DNA from: an uncultured Candidatus Entotheonella sp.
GTDB taxonomy: Bacteria > Tectomicrobia > Entotheonellia > Entotheonellales > Entotheonellaceae
Direction of reading: 5' to 3'
Assembly: GCA_965217185.1 (NCBI GenBank)
Contig: OZ244252.1
Location: 3,712,001-3,776,000 of the forward strand
DNA: 64,000 bases
The notes below the pieces were generated by a model. That model ran no database searches, was not told where the DNA came from, and saw only the letters and a list, made by a program, of their open reading frames with translations. Made by a program: the position numbers and the translations under genes. Positions 1 to 10,148 of the stretch are shown one piece after another. The first letter of the stretch is position 1, and each line of letters begins with the position of its first letter.

Positions 1-11
1 TCGGCCGGGTC

Positions 12-1166
12 ATGGCTGAACAACTCGAGCGGGTGGAACGCCTCAAGCAGCAGCCCGACTGGCTTGACTTCAACGCGATCAGCCCCATTGTCATCGGCAT
101 TCTGGGCGGTGACGGCATTGGTCCGACCATCGCGGAAGAGTCGAGAAAGGTCCTGGAATACCTGTTGCGCGATCAAGTGGCGAGCGGCAAGGTGGTTTTC
201 CGCATCATCGACGGCCTGACCATCGAAAACCGCGCCGCGAACATGCAATCCATTCCTGACGACGTGCTGGCCGAGATCAAGGAATGTCACGTGACGCTGA
301 AAGGCCCGACCCACACTCCGGAGCAGGGCGACGGCTGGCCGAACCTCGAAAGCGCCAACGTCGGCATGCGCAAGGTCCTCGACCTGTTCGCCAACGTGCG
401 CCCCGTGCGGGTGCCCGCCCAAGGTATTGACTGGACATTTTTCCGCGAGAACACCGAGGACATGTACGCCGTCGGCAGCCAGGGGGTGAACGTCACGGAC
501 GATCTGGCGATCGACTTCCGCGTCATCACCTCACAGGGCTCCGAGCGCATCATCGACGCCGCCTTTGCGCACGCCAAGCGCACCGGCAAGGACTCGGTGA
601 CCATCGTCACCAAGGCCAACATCGTCAAGACGACCGACGGCAAGTTCCTCGACATCGCCCGCAAGGTGGCGGAGGACTACCCGGGCATCTCGTGGGAGGG
701 GTGGTACATCGACATCATGACCGCGGCGCTCATCAACCCGGCGCGCCAGCGGCAGTTCCAGGTGCTCGCCCTGCCCAACCTGTACGGCGACATCCTGACG
801 GACGAGGCGGCCCAGATTCAGGGCGGCGTCGGTACCGCCGGCAGCGCCAACGTCGGCAAGGTGTACTCGATGTTCGAGGCTATCCACGGCAGCGCCCCGC
901 GCATGGTGCAGGAAGGCCGCGCGCAGTACGCCGATCCCAGCTCGATGGTGCGGGCCGGCGCCATGCTGATGGAGCACATCGGCTTCCAGGAGTCCGGCGC
1001 CCGGTTGCACAAGGCCCTGGACATCTGCGGCCAGTACGAACGCACCGTGGCCATGACGGGCCGCAGCACCGGCGTCACCAGCGGCGAATATGGTCAGTAC
1101 CTGATGGCAACCGTGGAGGATTCCGGCATGGAAGCCAAGTGGGAATCCTTCGTCAACGCTGGCTGA
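12..1166 (+). CDS. Isocitrate/isopropylmalate dehydrogenase family protein (may extend upstream of the window)
   Basis: GDGIGP, LKGPT, RENTED, KANIVK, PNLYGDILTD and FEAIHGSAP motifs; frame is open to the window edge. Confidence 0.9.
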   Translation: MAEQLERVERLKQQPDWLDFNAISPIVIGILGGDGIGPTIAEESRKVLEYLLRDQVASGKVVFRIIDGLTIENRAANMQSIPDDVLAEIKECHVTLKGPTHTPEQGDGWPNLESANVGMRKVLDLFANVRPVRVPAQGIDWTFFRENTEDMYAVGSQGVNVTDDLAIDFRVITSQGSERIIDAAFAHAKRTGKDSVTIVTKANIVKTTDGKFLDIARKVAEDYPGISWEGWYIDIMTAALINPARQRQFQVLALPNLYGDILTDEAAQIQGGVGTAGSANVGKVYSMFEAIHGSAPRMVQEGRAQYADPSSMVRAGAMLMEHIGFQESGARLHKALDICGQYERTVAMTGRSTGVTSGEYGQYLMATVEDSGMEAKWESFVNAG

Positions 1167-1184
1167 GTTCGAGACCGCCGGCGT

Positions 1185-1943
1185 ATGCGCTTCCGTCCTT
1201 GCATCGACCTGCACAACGGCGTCGTCAAGCAGATCGTCGGCGCCTCCTTGCAGGACGGCGCTGACCCGCAGACCAACTTCACAGCCGATCAACCCGCCTC
1301 CTATTTCGCCGACCGCTACCGCCAGGACGGCCTGTACGGCGGTCACGTCATCATGCTCGGTCCGGGCAACGAGACCGCCGCTGCCGCCGCCGTGACCGCC
1401 TTTCCCGGCGGCTTGCAGGTGGGCGGGGGCATCAACTCGCAAAACGCCGCGGCGTGGCTGCAACATGGCGCTGCCGGCGTCATCGTCACCTCCTATGTGT
1501 TTCAAAACGGCAAGCTATGCCGCGACCGGCTGCAGGACATGGTCGATGCGGTCGGCGCCTCCCGCCTCATTCTCGACCTCAGTTGCCGCAAGACAGACGG
1601 TCGCTACGTCGCCATGACCGACCGCTGGCAGACCGCCACCGACCTGGAAATCAACGCTCCCACACTGGCCGATCTGGCCCCAAGCTGCTGCGAGTTTCTC
1701 ATCCACGCCACCGCGGTGGAGGGCCGCCAGGCCGGCATCGACGCCGAGCTCGTGGCGCTGCTCGGGCGCATTGCGCCGTTGCCGGTCACATACGCCGGGG
1801 GCATTCGCAGCATGGCGGACGTCGAGCAGATTCGGGAGTTCGGTCAGGACAAGCTGGATTTCACGGTGGGAAGCGCCCTCGACCTGTTCGGCGGCACCGG
1901 GCTGCGCTACGCGGACCTGGTGGCCCTCAACCGGCGAAGCTGA
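1185..1943 (+). CDS. hisA: Phosphoribosylformimino-5-aminoimidazole carboxamide ribotide isomerase, His6 (eukaryote-like) type
   Basis: MRFRPCIDLHNGVVKQIVG, GGHVIMLG, LQVGGGIN, LDLSCR and TVGSALDLFGG are typical of the His6-type family. Confidence 0.9.
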   Translation: MRFRPCIDLHNGVVKQIVGASLQDGADPQTNFTADQPASYFADRYRQDGLYGGHVIMLGPGNETAAAAAVTAFPGGLQVGGGINSQNAAAWLQHGAAGVIVTSYVFQNGKLCRDRLQDMVDAVGASRLILDLSCRKTDGRYVAMTDRWQTATDLEINAPTLADLAPSCCEFLIHATAVEGRQAGIDAELVALLGRIAPLPVTYAGGIRSMADVEQIREFGQDKLDFTVGSALDLFGGTGLRYADLVALNRRS

Positions 1944-2090
1944 GTGTTCACGTCATGCGCTGTTGGGGTGCCGTATGGCTTTGCGGTGAGACGGGAGGAT
2001 ATTTATGGCAAACTGGGTGGTCAGCAATTTGCTCTCGCGGACCTGAATAGTATGACGCCTGGGTCCATAAGCTTCTACGGAGGGAAGGCG

Positions 2091-3155
2091 GTGATCAAGT
2101 CGCTCGAAGTCAAGAATTTTACGGCTTTCCAGGAGGCTCAATTGGACTTTGCCGAGGGTCTCAACGTCATTGTCGGCGAGAACGCGACGGGCAAGACGCA
2201 TCTGCTCAAGCTTCCTTACGCCGTCATGGCGGTAAGCGCCGAGGAGGGTAGGAAGCGTGACGGCCGGCAGCCTACCAAGGGCTTTCTGCAAACTCGAGTT
2301 GCCGAAAAAATAGTTAACGTGTTTCGACCGGATGAGAGCCGCCTAGGTCGTCTCGCGCGTCGGCGGCAGGGTCGTAACCGATGCGAAGTGAAAGTGAATT
2401 TCCAACAGCGTGGTACTTCCATCGGATTCAATTTTGCTTCACAAAACAAGTCCGAGGTCGTCATCGATCACCTTCCTTCCAAGTGGGTGAACCACATGCC
2501 GGTATTCCTGCCCACTCGTGAGTTGCTGACGATCTACCCTGGATTCGTCTCTCTGTACGAAACACACTACGTTGAATTTGAGGAGACGTGGCGCGACACC
2601 TGTTTGTTGCTGGGTGCGCCCATGCAGAGAGGGCCTCGCAATGCGACGGTCGCATGGTTTCTGGAACCCTTGGAAGAACAGATCGGGCGCGTCGTTCTGG
2701 AGCGCAATGGTCGCTTTTACCTGCGTCAGTTCGGTCACGGCGCCAGCAATATGGAGATGCCCTTGGTTGCCGAGGGTTGGCGCAAGCTCGCCATGCTGGC
2801 GCGGTTGATCGCCACTGGTTCCCTGGACTACAAGGACGCTCTGTTCTGGGACGAGCCTGAGTCCAACCTCAACCCGAAGCTGATCCGAGAAGTCGCAGCG
2901 GCGATTCTCCGTATCTGCGTGGCAGGGGTGCAGGTGTTCGTGGCAACGCACAGCCTCTTCCTCTTCCGAGAGTTTGAAATCCTCCTTAAGCGGCGCGAAT
3001 TTAAGGGAGTCAAGCCACGCTACTTCGCGTTGCGGCGGGTGGAGGATGGCGTGGATATTTCCCAGTCCAGCGAGGTCGATGGCATAGAGCCGCTGTTGTT
3101 GCTCGACGAGGAGCTGGAGCAATCGGATCGTTTTCTGGAGGAGTTCATGCCGTGA
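2091..3155 (+). CDS. AAA_15/AAA_21-type (ABC-class) ATPase
   Basis: GTG at 2091 after GGAGG; IKSLEVKNF, Walker A GENATGKT, AEGWRKL signature, Walker B FWDEPESNLNP, QVFVATHS. Confidence 0.85.
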   Translation: MIKSLEVKNFTAFQEAQLDFAEGLNVIVGENATGKTHLLKLPYAVMAVSAEEGRKRDGRQPTKGFLQTRVAEKIVNVFRPDESRLGRLARRRQGRNRCEVKVNFQQRGTSIGFNFASQNKSEVVIDHLPSKWVNHMPVFLPTRELLTIYPGFVSLYETHYVEFEETWRDTCLLLGAPMQRGPRNATVAWFLEPLEEQIGRVVLERNGRFYLRQFGHGASNMEMPLVAEGWRKLAMLARLIATGSLDYKDALFWDEPESNLNPKLIREVAAAILRICVAGVQVFVATHSLFLFREFEILLKRREFKGVKPRYFALRRVEDGVDISQSSEVDGIEPLLLLDEELEQSDRFLEEFMP

Positions 3156-3578
3156 CCGAAATTGCGGAAGGCAGTCTTAAATTCTCATTCCCGGATCACT
3201 GCGAAGCTACCAAGTACGATGATTGGGCGTTTTATCGTCAACAGTTCTAGTCCGTCGCTGGCGGTTCGAGGGCGGTCGATATCCTCTGTCTTGCACAAGA
3301 TGCCACTTGGTTGATCGAAATAAAGGACTACCGGCAGCACCCGAGGACAAAACCGAGTGATCTCGGCGATGAAGTGGGGAGCAAAGTCCGCGACACGCTG
3401 GCGAGTCGCGTTGCACCTCGAACAACGATCGGTTGCGACTTCGCCGCTTCGCCCACAGGCTATCAATCCCGCTGACGTGCTTCAGAAACTGCGCATGAAT
3501 TTGAAGGCCATTGATGCCCAACCACTGGTTGTAAGCCTGCAAAAGCCGGGTTCTGGCACACCGTGGACCGTTCAATAA
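3152..3578 (+). pseudogene. Disrupted PD-(D/E)xK-like nuclease partner of the ATPase
   Basis: GTGA overlap with the ATPase stop; reads MTEIAEGSLKFSFP...KYDDWAFYRQQF, in-frame TAG at 3248-3250, then AVDILCL...WLIEIKDYR...KVRDTLA; frame switches near 3395-3405 to WRVALHLEQ...PWTVQ. Confidence 0.75.
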
Positions 3579-3624
3579 CGATCATGCTTTCCGGCCGGGC
3601 CTGAAGTGAATTGAACACGGGGCG

Positions 3625-4431
3625 TCAACCACCGGGCTCCCTCGTCAACTGCACGCACAACTCCTCCAGCCCCCGCTGAGACATAGGTGGCGCGCCTGCG
3701 GTTAGATGGGCGAGAAACTCGCGGTTGCCCTTGGGACCGGAGAGGGGGGAGAGGATGGCCGCGCGCAGCCCCAGCCCGCACGCCTGCGCCGACGCCAGAA
3801 CCGCCTGCAACACCTGCCGGTGCTGTCTCGCATCCCGCACCACGCCGCCTTTGCCGACTTCGCCTTTACCCACCTCGAATTGTGGTTTGATGAGCAGGAT
3901 CGCCTCGGCTTGTGGGGTCAGCAGGGGGACGAGGGCGGGCAACAGCAGGCGCAACGAGATGAACGAGGCGTCCACCGTCAGGAAATTCATGCGCTCGGGG
4001 AAATCGTGCGGTGTCAGGTAGCGGGCGTTGGTGCGTTCGCGCACGACGACGCGCGGATCGTTGCGCAGCCGCCAGTGCAACTGGCCGTAGCCCACGTCCA
4101 CGGCGTAGACGCGCCGGGCGCCGGCTTGCAGGAGACAGTCGGTAAAGCCACCGGTGGAGGCGCCGACGTCGAGAGCGACGGCATTCTGGCCCCGGCAGTC
4201 AAACGCCTCAAGACCCGCCGCCAGTTTCTCGCCGCCGCGGCTGACGTAGGGGCTCGGAGCGCCCAGCAGCCTCACCTCCGCCTGGGCGGCTACCCGCGCC
4301 CCGCATTGCGTCAGGCACTGGCCGTCCACGGCGATTTTGCCCGCCAGGATCAGCGCCTGTGCCTGTGCCCGGCTTGGCGCCAATTGTCGTTGCCAGACCA
4401 GGATGTCGAGTCGTTCCCGTTCAGCGGCCAC
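3625..4431 (-). CDS. tlyA: TlyA family rRNA 2'-O-methyltransferase
   Basis: S4 N-terminus (RERLD), YVSRGGEKL, LDVGASTGGFTD, IKPQFE, GPKGNREFL. Confidence 0.95.
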   Translation of the reverse strand: MAAERERLDILVWQRQLAPSRAQAQALILAGKIAVDGQCLTQCGARVAAQAEVRLLGAPSPYVSRGGEKLAAGLEAFDCRGQNAVALDVGASTGGFTDCLLQAGARRVYAVDVGYGQLHWRLRNDPRVVVRERTNARYLTPHDFPERMNFLTVDASFISLRLLLPALVPLLTPQAEAILLIKPQFEVGKGEVGKGGVVRDARQHRQVLQAVLASAQACGLGLRAAILSPLSGPKGNREFLAHLTAGAPPMSQRGLEELCVQLTREPGG

Positions 4432-4442
4432 GCGTGTCCTGC

Positions 4443-5339
4443 TCAGACCTTACGGTTGACGATGAAACGGGCCAGTTGCCGCAGCCGCTCGGCGCCGGCG
4501 TCAAAATCGCCGAGCGCTGCGAGCGCGTCGTTCAGCAACGCCGCGGCGTGCTGGCGCGAGGCCTCTACCCCGAGCAGCGCCGGGTAGGTCGCCTTGCCGT
4601 GCTTCTCGTCCTGCCCGGCCTGCTTGCCCAGTGCGGCGCTGTCGCCTTCCACGTCCAGGACGTCGTCAGCAATCTGGAACGCCAGTCCGATAGCCTGCCC
4701 GTAGCGCTTCAGCGCCTCCAACGGCGCCGCCGAGCCGCCGCCGAGCAAGCCGCCGATGGTGACGGCCGCGCCGATCAAGGCGGCGGTCTTATGGCGGTGG
4801 ATGTATTCGAGCACGTCGAGCGACACCTCCCGGCCTTCCGATGCCATGTCCACCACTTGCCCCCCGACCATGCCGGACCAGCCCGCCGCGCGCGCCAGGC
4901 AGTGCGTGGCCTCCAGCAACACGGCGGGCGCAAATCGGCTCGTCAGGTCGGGTCCGGCCATGACTTCGAACGCGTAGGTCAGCAGAGCGTCGCCGGCGAG
5001 GATGGCCACCGCCTCACCGAAAACCTTGTGGCTGGTGAACTGGCCGCGCCGGTAATCATCGTCGTCCATGGCGGGCAGGTCGTCGTGGATGAGCGAATAG
5101 GTATGCACGAATTCCATGGCGCAGGCGGCAGGAAGCACCGCCTCGCAGTCGCCGCCGACCGCCTCGGTGGCTGCCAGCAGCAGGACGGGGCGCACGCGCT
5201 TGCCACCGGCGAACACGCTGTAGCGCATCGCCTCGGACAGCGCTGGCGGGTCGGCGCCAGGGGCGGGGAGATGGTGATCGAAAGCGGCCTCAAGACGTTG
5301 TTGCTGCGCTTGCAGATACGCCTCCAGGGGTTGCATCAA
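4443..5339 (-). CDS. ispA: Farnesyl/geranylgeranyl diphosphate synthase
   Basis: GGKRVRP, SLIHDDLPAMDDDDYRRG, FQIADDVLD, KATYP; xseAB-ispA-tlyA synteny. Confidence 0.95.
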   Translation of the reverse strand: MMQPLEAYLQAQQQRLEAAFDHHLPAPGADPPALSEAMRYSVFAGGKRVRPVLLLAATEAVGGDCEAVLPAACAMEFVHTYSLIHDDLPAMDDDDYRRGQFTSHKVFGEAVAILAGDALLTYAFEVMAGPDLTSRFAPAVLLEATHCLARAAGWSGMVGGQVVDMASEGREVSLDVLEYIHRHKTAALIGAAVTIGGLLGGGSAAPLEALKRYGQAIGLAFQIADDVLDVEGDSAALGKQAGQDEKHGKATYPALLGVEASRQHAAALLNDALAALGDFDAGAERLRQLARFIVNRKV

Positions 5340-5346
5340 GCCTCCG

Positions 5347-5613
5347 TTAGAACGGAATTTCCTCCTGACCGTTGCTACCCCCGCTCTCTTCTTGAATCGC
5401 GAAAGGCTCCGGGATCAGGGTGCCGTCGTCGTTGGCTTGCAGGATGTCGATACGCTTTTCAGCCCGTTGCAACTGCTGCGTGCAGTGGCGGTACATCGAC
5501 ACCCCTTCCTCGTAAAACTGCACGGATTTCTCCAGATCGAGATCGTCCGTTTCCAGCGCCTCGACGATCTCCTCAAGGCGCTTCAGTGCCTGCTCGAAGG
5601 TCAGATCGGCCAT
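5347..5613 (-). CDS. xseB: Exodeoxyribonuclease VII small subunit
   Basis: TFEQALKRLEEIVEALE...LEKSVQFYEEG; adjacent to xseA. Confidence 0.95.
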   Translation of the reverse strand: MADLTFEQALKRLEEIVEALETDDLDLEKSVQFYEEGVSMYRHCTQQLQRAEKRIDILQANDDGTLIPEPFAIQEESGGSNGQEEIPF

Positions 5614-5616
5614 TTG

Positions 5617-7017
5617 TTACCCTTCCCCAACCCCGCCTTCTAGCGGAGGGGCTTCTTTTTCTTGGACATCGTCAACCGTGCAGGCGAGTTGTCCGTCGTG
5701 CAGAACAAGTTCCACGTGCTGCCCTGGTTGCACGGGCGCAGCACGGGTGATGAGCTGTTGCGTGGCGGCGTCGCGGCAAATGCCATAGCCGCGCGCCAGA
5801 ATGGCCAGAGGGCTGAGGGAATGTAGCTTGCCGCCGAGGCCGTGCAGCGTTTGACGGCGCAGGTTGAGGCAGGATCGGGTAGCCGTCTCGAGGCGTCGGC
5901 GTTGGATGTCGAGATGCGCGTGCTGCCGTTGCCAGCGCCACTGCGGGTTCGACCGGGCCAGTGTCTTGATGGCGATTTCCAGGCGCCGGGTGCGGCCCTG
6001 CATGTCGTTCAGCCAAGCTTTGTCGAGTTGCAGCATCAGGTCGTCGACCTGTTGCTGCCACGCTTGCACGAAGCGGTGCGGTGCGCGGAATGGGCGCGTC
6101 GACGACAGATGCTCCAGGGCGGTGGCCGAGCGCATGAGGGTGTGCTGCACCACGTTGTGCATGCGCGCCAGCAGGGCTCCGGCTTGCTGGCTCAATTCTT
6201 CGGCGCTCTTGACCACCAATTCAGCCGCTGCTGAGGGCGTCGAGGCGCGCAGGTCGGCAACGAAATCGGCGATGGTGGCATCGGTCTCGTGACCGACTGC
6301 CGAAATGATCGGAATTTCCGAAACGGCTATCGCCCACGCCACGGCCTCTTCATTGAACGCCCACAGGTCTTCCAGCGAGCCGCCGCCGCGCCCCACGATC
6401 AACGCGTCGAGGGGCGGTTCGAAGGCGTTCAGCGCCGCGATGGCCCGCACGATTTCCCCGGCGGCTTCCTTGCCCTGCACCCGCACTGGGTAGAGAAACA
6501 GGTGAACGTTGGCGGAGCGCCGGTGCGCGACCTGGATGATGTCGCGGATGGCGGCGCCGGTGGGCGAGGTGACAATGCCGATACGCTGGGGCATCACGGG
6601 CAGGGGCAGCTTGCGGTCTTCGTCGAACAGCCCTTCCTGGAACAGACGCGCTTTCAATTGCTCGAAGGCGATTTGCAACGCCCCGACGCCCTTCGGCTCA
6701 ATCGCTTCGGCGATCAACTGGTAGTCGCCGCGCGGCTCGTAGACGCTCAGGCGCCCGCGTGCGATCACCTGCATGCCCGCCTCCGGCGTGAATGGCAGTT
6801 GCCGCACCGACGAGCGAAACATGACCGTGCGTAGCTGGCTTTTGGCGTCTTTGAGCGTGAAATAGGCGTGACCGCTTTGCACCAGACGCAGGTTGGATAT
6901 CTCGCCCTCGATCCACATCAAGGGGTAGGAATCCTCCAGGATCTCCTTGATTTCCTGGGTGACCTGGCTGACCGTCAGGACGCGGCCAAAGGGGGATTCA
7001 AACGGCGGCGACTGCAA
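5617..7017 (-). CDS. xseA: Exodeoxyribonuclease VII large subunit
   Basis: WIEGEISN, GHAYFTLKD, RGGGSLEDLWAFNEE, SAVGHETD, LSPLAILARGY; probable TTG start at 7017 after GAGG. Confidence 0.95.
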   Translation of the reverse strand: MQSPPFESPFGRVLTVSQVTQEIKEILEDSYPLMWIEGEISNLRLVQSGHAYFTLKDAKSQLRTVMFRSSVRQLPFTPEAGMQVIARGRLSVYEPRGDYQLIAEAIEPKGVGALQIAFEQLKARLFQEGLFDEDRKLPLPVMPQRIGIVTSPTGAAIRDIIQVAHRRSANVHLFLYPVRVQGKEAAGEIVRAIAALNAFEPPLDALIVGRGGGSLEDLWAFNEEAVAWAIAVSEIPIISAVGHETDATIADFVADLRASTPSAAAELVVKSAEELSQQAGALLARMHNVVQHTLMRSATALEHLSSTRPFRAPHRFVQAWQQQVDDLMLQLDKAWLNDMQGRTRRLEIAIKTLARSNPQWRWQRQHAHLDIQRRRLETATRSCLNLRRQTLHGLGGKLHSLSPLAILARGYGICRDAATQQLITRAAPVQPGQHVELVLHDGQLACTVDDVQEKEAPPLEGGVGEG

Positions 7018-7273
7018 GGCCGAACCTCGCTTTTCTGAGTATATTGAACATTTTGGGAGGCAACATTGTACAGCAAAAGGCCGCCATTGCAACGCGCCCA
7101 GCGGGGCTCTGAGGGATGCGGCGCTTATGCATGGCCGTCTTGCTTTCGTCAGGGGGCTCCAGCAAGATAGGTCCAGCAAAGCAGGCTCGGAGGGCCGAGT
7201 CTCGCGGTGCACGACATGGCGCGCGGCCGACCCGTGCCGCCGCATTGGCTTCCAACCTATCGTCAAGTCCACC

Positions 7274-8428
7274 ATGCCTATGACCGTCCCGCTCCACCCC
7301 GTATCCGGGGACGTACTATGCCGCAGCGCGTTGTTCGCGGCGCGCCGCTTCGGCCGCTACCTGGTGGTCGAACTGCTGGCACCGCATCGCGTGATAAGCA
7401 CCTCCGCGGTCGGCGGCGGGCAACGGGACGACCTGCGTTTCCTGGTCAACCACCAGAGTTGCGAGGGGCAGGGTGATCAGGAGCGCTACGAACTGATCTC
7501 ACGTATGGGACTGGACGCCTATCACCGTGCCGTGTGCGGGGAGATCGGCATCGACCCCGACCACACCGCCCTGATGGGCACCGCCGCCAACATGGCCTAC
7601 GCTGTCCACCGGTCGGCGGCGTTCGAGGATTTGCGCGTCGACGCGTTCACGACCGCCGGCGTTTCGGGCAACGCCGCTCGGGCGGGCGATCCCGCCGCCT
7701 GGATGGAGACCGACGACGGCTGGCGCAAGGTGTCGCCCTACGCCGGGACGATCAACACCATCCTGCTGCTTGCCTGCCCGGTCACGCCGTCTGCCCATGC
7801 TCGCGCCGTCATCACGATGACCGAGGCGAAATCGGCCGCGCTGGCGGAACTGGCCGTTCCCAGCCGGTACTCGCCGCTCATTGCCACTGGAACCGGCACG
7901 GACCAGATCTGCCTCGCCGCGCCGTTTGATCCGTCACGCAAGCCGAAGGATTCGACCAGTCCGCACGTCAAGCTGGGAGAGATCATCGGGGTTGCGGTCA
8001 AGGCGTCGGTGAAGGAAGCATTGTGCTGGCAGAATGGTCTGGAGCCTTCTAGGACGCGCGACCTGTTCCACGCGCTGGGCCGCTTCGGCCTCACCGCGGC
8101 GCGCGCGGCCGAGCGTCTGCAGGCGTTGTTGTCCGAACGGCGCTACGACTTGTTGGAGAAAAACTGGAACGCCGTCTTCCACGATCCGGGGAGCGCGGCG
8201 GCGGCCCATGCGTTCGCCGCCGTGCTCGACCGCGTCGCGTTCGGCACGCTCCCGCCGGGTCTGGCGAACGAGGTGCTGCGTCAGCAGGCAGCCTGCCTGG
8301 CCTGCTCGCTGGCGGCCAAGCCGGAATCCTGGCCGGTGTTCCGGGCCGAACTCGCCCTGTCGCCCGACGACCCGGTCGAGTTGGTCCTGCGGGCGATCGC
8401 CCTCGGCTGGAACGCCAAGTGGTCCTGA
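7274..8428 (+). CDS. cbiZ: Adenosylcobinamide amidohydrolase (long form with C-terminal extension)
   Basis: LMGTAANM, TAGVSGNA, GTINTI, TMTEAKSAAL, ATGTGTDQ, HVKLGEII; upstream of cbiB; start 7274 or 7280. Confidence 0.85.
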   Translation: MPMTVPLHPVSGDVLCRSALFAARRFGRYLVVELLAPHRVISTSAVGGGQRDDLRFLVNHQSCEGQGDQERYELISRMGLDAYHRAVCGEIGIDPDHTALMGTAANMAYAVHRSAAFEDLRVDAFTTAGVSGNAARAGDPAAWMETDDGWRKVSPYAGTINTILLLACPVTPSAHARAVITMTEAKSAALAELAVPSRYSPLIATGTGTDQICLAAPFDPSRKPKDSTSPHVKLGEIIGVAVKASVKEALCWQNGLEPSRTRDLFHALGRFGLTAARAAERLQALLSERRYDLLEKNWNAVFHDPGSAAAAHAFAAVLDRVAFGTLPPGLANEVLRQQAACLACSLAAKPESWPVFRAELALSPDDPVELVLRAIALGWNAKWS

Positions 8429-9387
8429 GCAGCTTAGCGCCGCGTGCCGACCTGCTGGCGGTGGCGGTCGTGTTGGACCTGTTGCTGGGCGATCCGGTCT
8501 ACCGTTGGCACCCGGTTCGGCTGATCGGCGGCTCGCTGAGGTGGATTGAAGCGCGCCTGCGCGCGGCGGGCGCCGACGGGTACCTTGGTGGGTGCGTTCT
8601 GTTCATCGTTTTGGCGCTCGTCTGGGGTGGGAGCACGGCGGCTTTGCTCGCCGGCACGGCACAGCTGCACCCCGTGGCGGGTTCGGCGGTGCATCTCTTT
8701 TTGCTATACAGCCTGCTGGCGCTCCGCGACTTGCTGAAGCATGTGGGAGCCATCAATACTGCCGCGGTCGCCGGTGATCTTGCCGCCGCCCGGCAGGCGG
8801 CCGGCCGGCTCGTCGGCCGCGACACCGATCGCATGGACGCCGCCGCTTGCCGACGCAGCGGCATCGAAAGCCTGGCCGAGAATCTGGTTGACGGGTTCGT
8901 CTCGCCGATCTTCTGGTATTGCTTGGCCGGCGTGCCTGGGATCGTGGTGTTCAAGACGGTCAGCACGATGGATTCGATGGTTGGCTACAAGACCGCGCGC
9001 TATCTCGCGTTCGGCTGGTGCGGCGCGCGTCTCGACGACCTGATGAACCTGATTCCGGCACGGCTCACGTGGTTGCTGATTGCGTGTGCCGCGGTGTTGA
9101 CGCCCGGCAGTTCCAGTCGCGGTGCGCTCCGTATCGGGTGGCGGCAGCACGCCGTCGTGCCGGGACCGAACGCCGGCTGGAGCGAGGCCGCGCTCGCTGG
9201 TGCGATCCGTCGCCGGCTGGCAGGACCAATCTGGCTGGGCGGCCGGCGGGTAACCGACGTTTGGATCGGTGATCCGGCCGCTGCCGCTGCCGGAACGAGT
9301 GCGGACTGCCGGCAGGCGCGGCAGACGGTGCTGGTGACCGTCGCCTTGGTCGTTGGTGCGGCAATCGTCTTGCTGGCTGCGGCGTAG
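8419..9387 (+). CDS. cbiB: Adenosylcobinamide-phosphate synthase CbiB/CobD
   Basis: LDLLLGDP..HPVRLIG, LVGRDT, ESLAENLVDG, TMDSMVGYK, ARLDD, PNAGWSEAA. Confidence 0.93.
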   Translation: MVLSSLAPRADLLAVAVVLDLLLGDPVYRWHPVRLIGGSLRWIEARLRAAGADGYLGGCVLFIVLALVWGGSTAALLAGTAQLHPVAGSAVHLFLLYSLLALRDLLKHVGAINTAAVAGDLAAARQAAGRLVGRDTDRMDAAACRRSGIESLAENLVDGFVSPIFWYCLAGVPGIVVFKTVSTMDSMVGYKTARYLAFGWCGARLDDLMNLIPARLTWLLIACAAVLTPGSSSRGALRIGWRQHAVVPGPNAGWSEAALAGAIRRRLAGPIWLGGRRVTDVWIGDPAAAAAGTSADCRQARQTVLVTVALVVGAAIVLLAAA

Positions 9388-9428
9388 CGGCCTGGGGGGT
9401 TATCTGCATTGGCAAACAGGGAGGAAAC

Positions 9429-10052
9429 ATGACTGGAGCCAACGGCGGCGCGCATGAGGAACGCGCCCACAAGGAGCGTATGAAGATAGTCCAGGCAGAG
9501 CAGCGCAGGAAGCGTGCGGCGGCCACGAATCCCGGACAAGGGCTCGTGTTGGTATACACCGGCAACGGCAAGGGCAAGTCGAGTTCGGCCTTCGGCGTGA
9601 TGGCACGGGCGCTCGGCTGGGGACAGACGATCGGTGTCGTGCAGTTCATCAAGGGCGATTGGGTGACCGGCGAGCGCCAGTTTTTCGAGCGCTTTCCAGA
9701 TCAGGTGGCTTGGCACACCATGGGCGAAGGCTTTACCTGGGATACGCAGGACCGCGCTCGTGACACCGCTGTCGCCGAGGCGGCTTTCGCCAGGGCTTGC
9801 GAGATGCTGGCGGGGGGCGAATACGACCTCGTCGTTCTCGACGAGATCAACGTCGTGCTGCACTATGACTACTTGTCTTCCAGCGCCGTGCTCGACGGGC
9901 TAAAAGCCCGCGCGCCGCGCACCAGCGTCATCCTTACCGGCCGCGACGCCAAGTCCGAGATCGCCGATTACGCCGACCTCGTGAGCGAGATGCGCGAGGT
10001 GAAGCACCCGTTTGCAGCCGGCATCAAGGCGCAGCGCGGCCTCGACTTCTGA
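9429..10052 (+). CDS. cobO: Cob(I)yrinic acid a,c-diamide adenosyltransferase
   Basis: VYTGNGKGKSSSAFG, VQFIKG, LDEIN, TGRDA, KHPF..GIKAQRGLDF. Confidence 0.95.
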   Translation: MTGANGGAHEERAHKERMKIVQAEQRRKRAAATNPGQGLVLVYTGNGKGKSSSAFGVMARALGWGQTIGVVQFIKGDWVTGERQFFERFPDQVAWHTMGEGFTWDTQDRARDTAVAEAAFARACEMLAGGEYDLVVLDEINVVLHYDYLSSSAVLDGLKARAPRTSVILTGRDAKSEIADYADLVSEMREVKHPFAAGIKAQRGLDF

Positions 10053-10148
10053 TCTTGCCGGTGGATCTTGAGTGCCCGTCGCGGTGCCGAGACGGCCCGC
10101 ATTGACACACACACCGACCTGCCGTTAACATACCGCCACGCTGAGAAA

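Noticed and set aside
2004..2015. TTATGGCAAACT upstream of the ATPase resembles a XerD arm
   Set aside because: No matching left arm (…GATAA) at 6-7 bp spacing; likely chance.
3248..3250. In-frame TAG here (and TGA at 26174) as pyrrolysine/selenocysteine or alternative-code readthrough
   Set aside because: Both genes also carry frameshifts, and TAG/TGA terminate many normal genes in the window.
5617..5660. xseA C-terminus (PPLEGGVGEG) resembling a translated palindromic repeat
   Set aside because: Only one clear instance in the window; cannot be supported as a repeat family.
4359..5750. Long antisense or alternative-frame ORFs (e.g. 4359-5750, 16883-18277, 32542-33783, 55824-57641)
   Set aside because: Shadows of real genes on the opposite strand, expected in high-GC DNA; no recognisable motifs.
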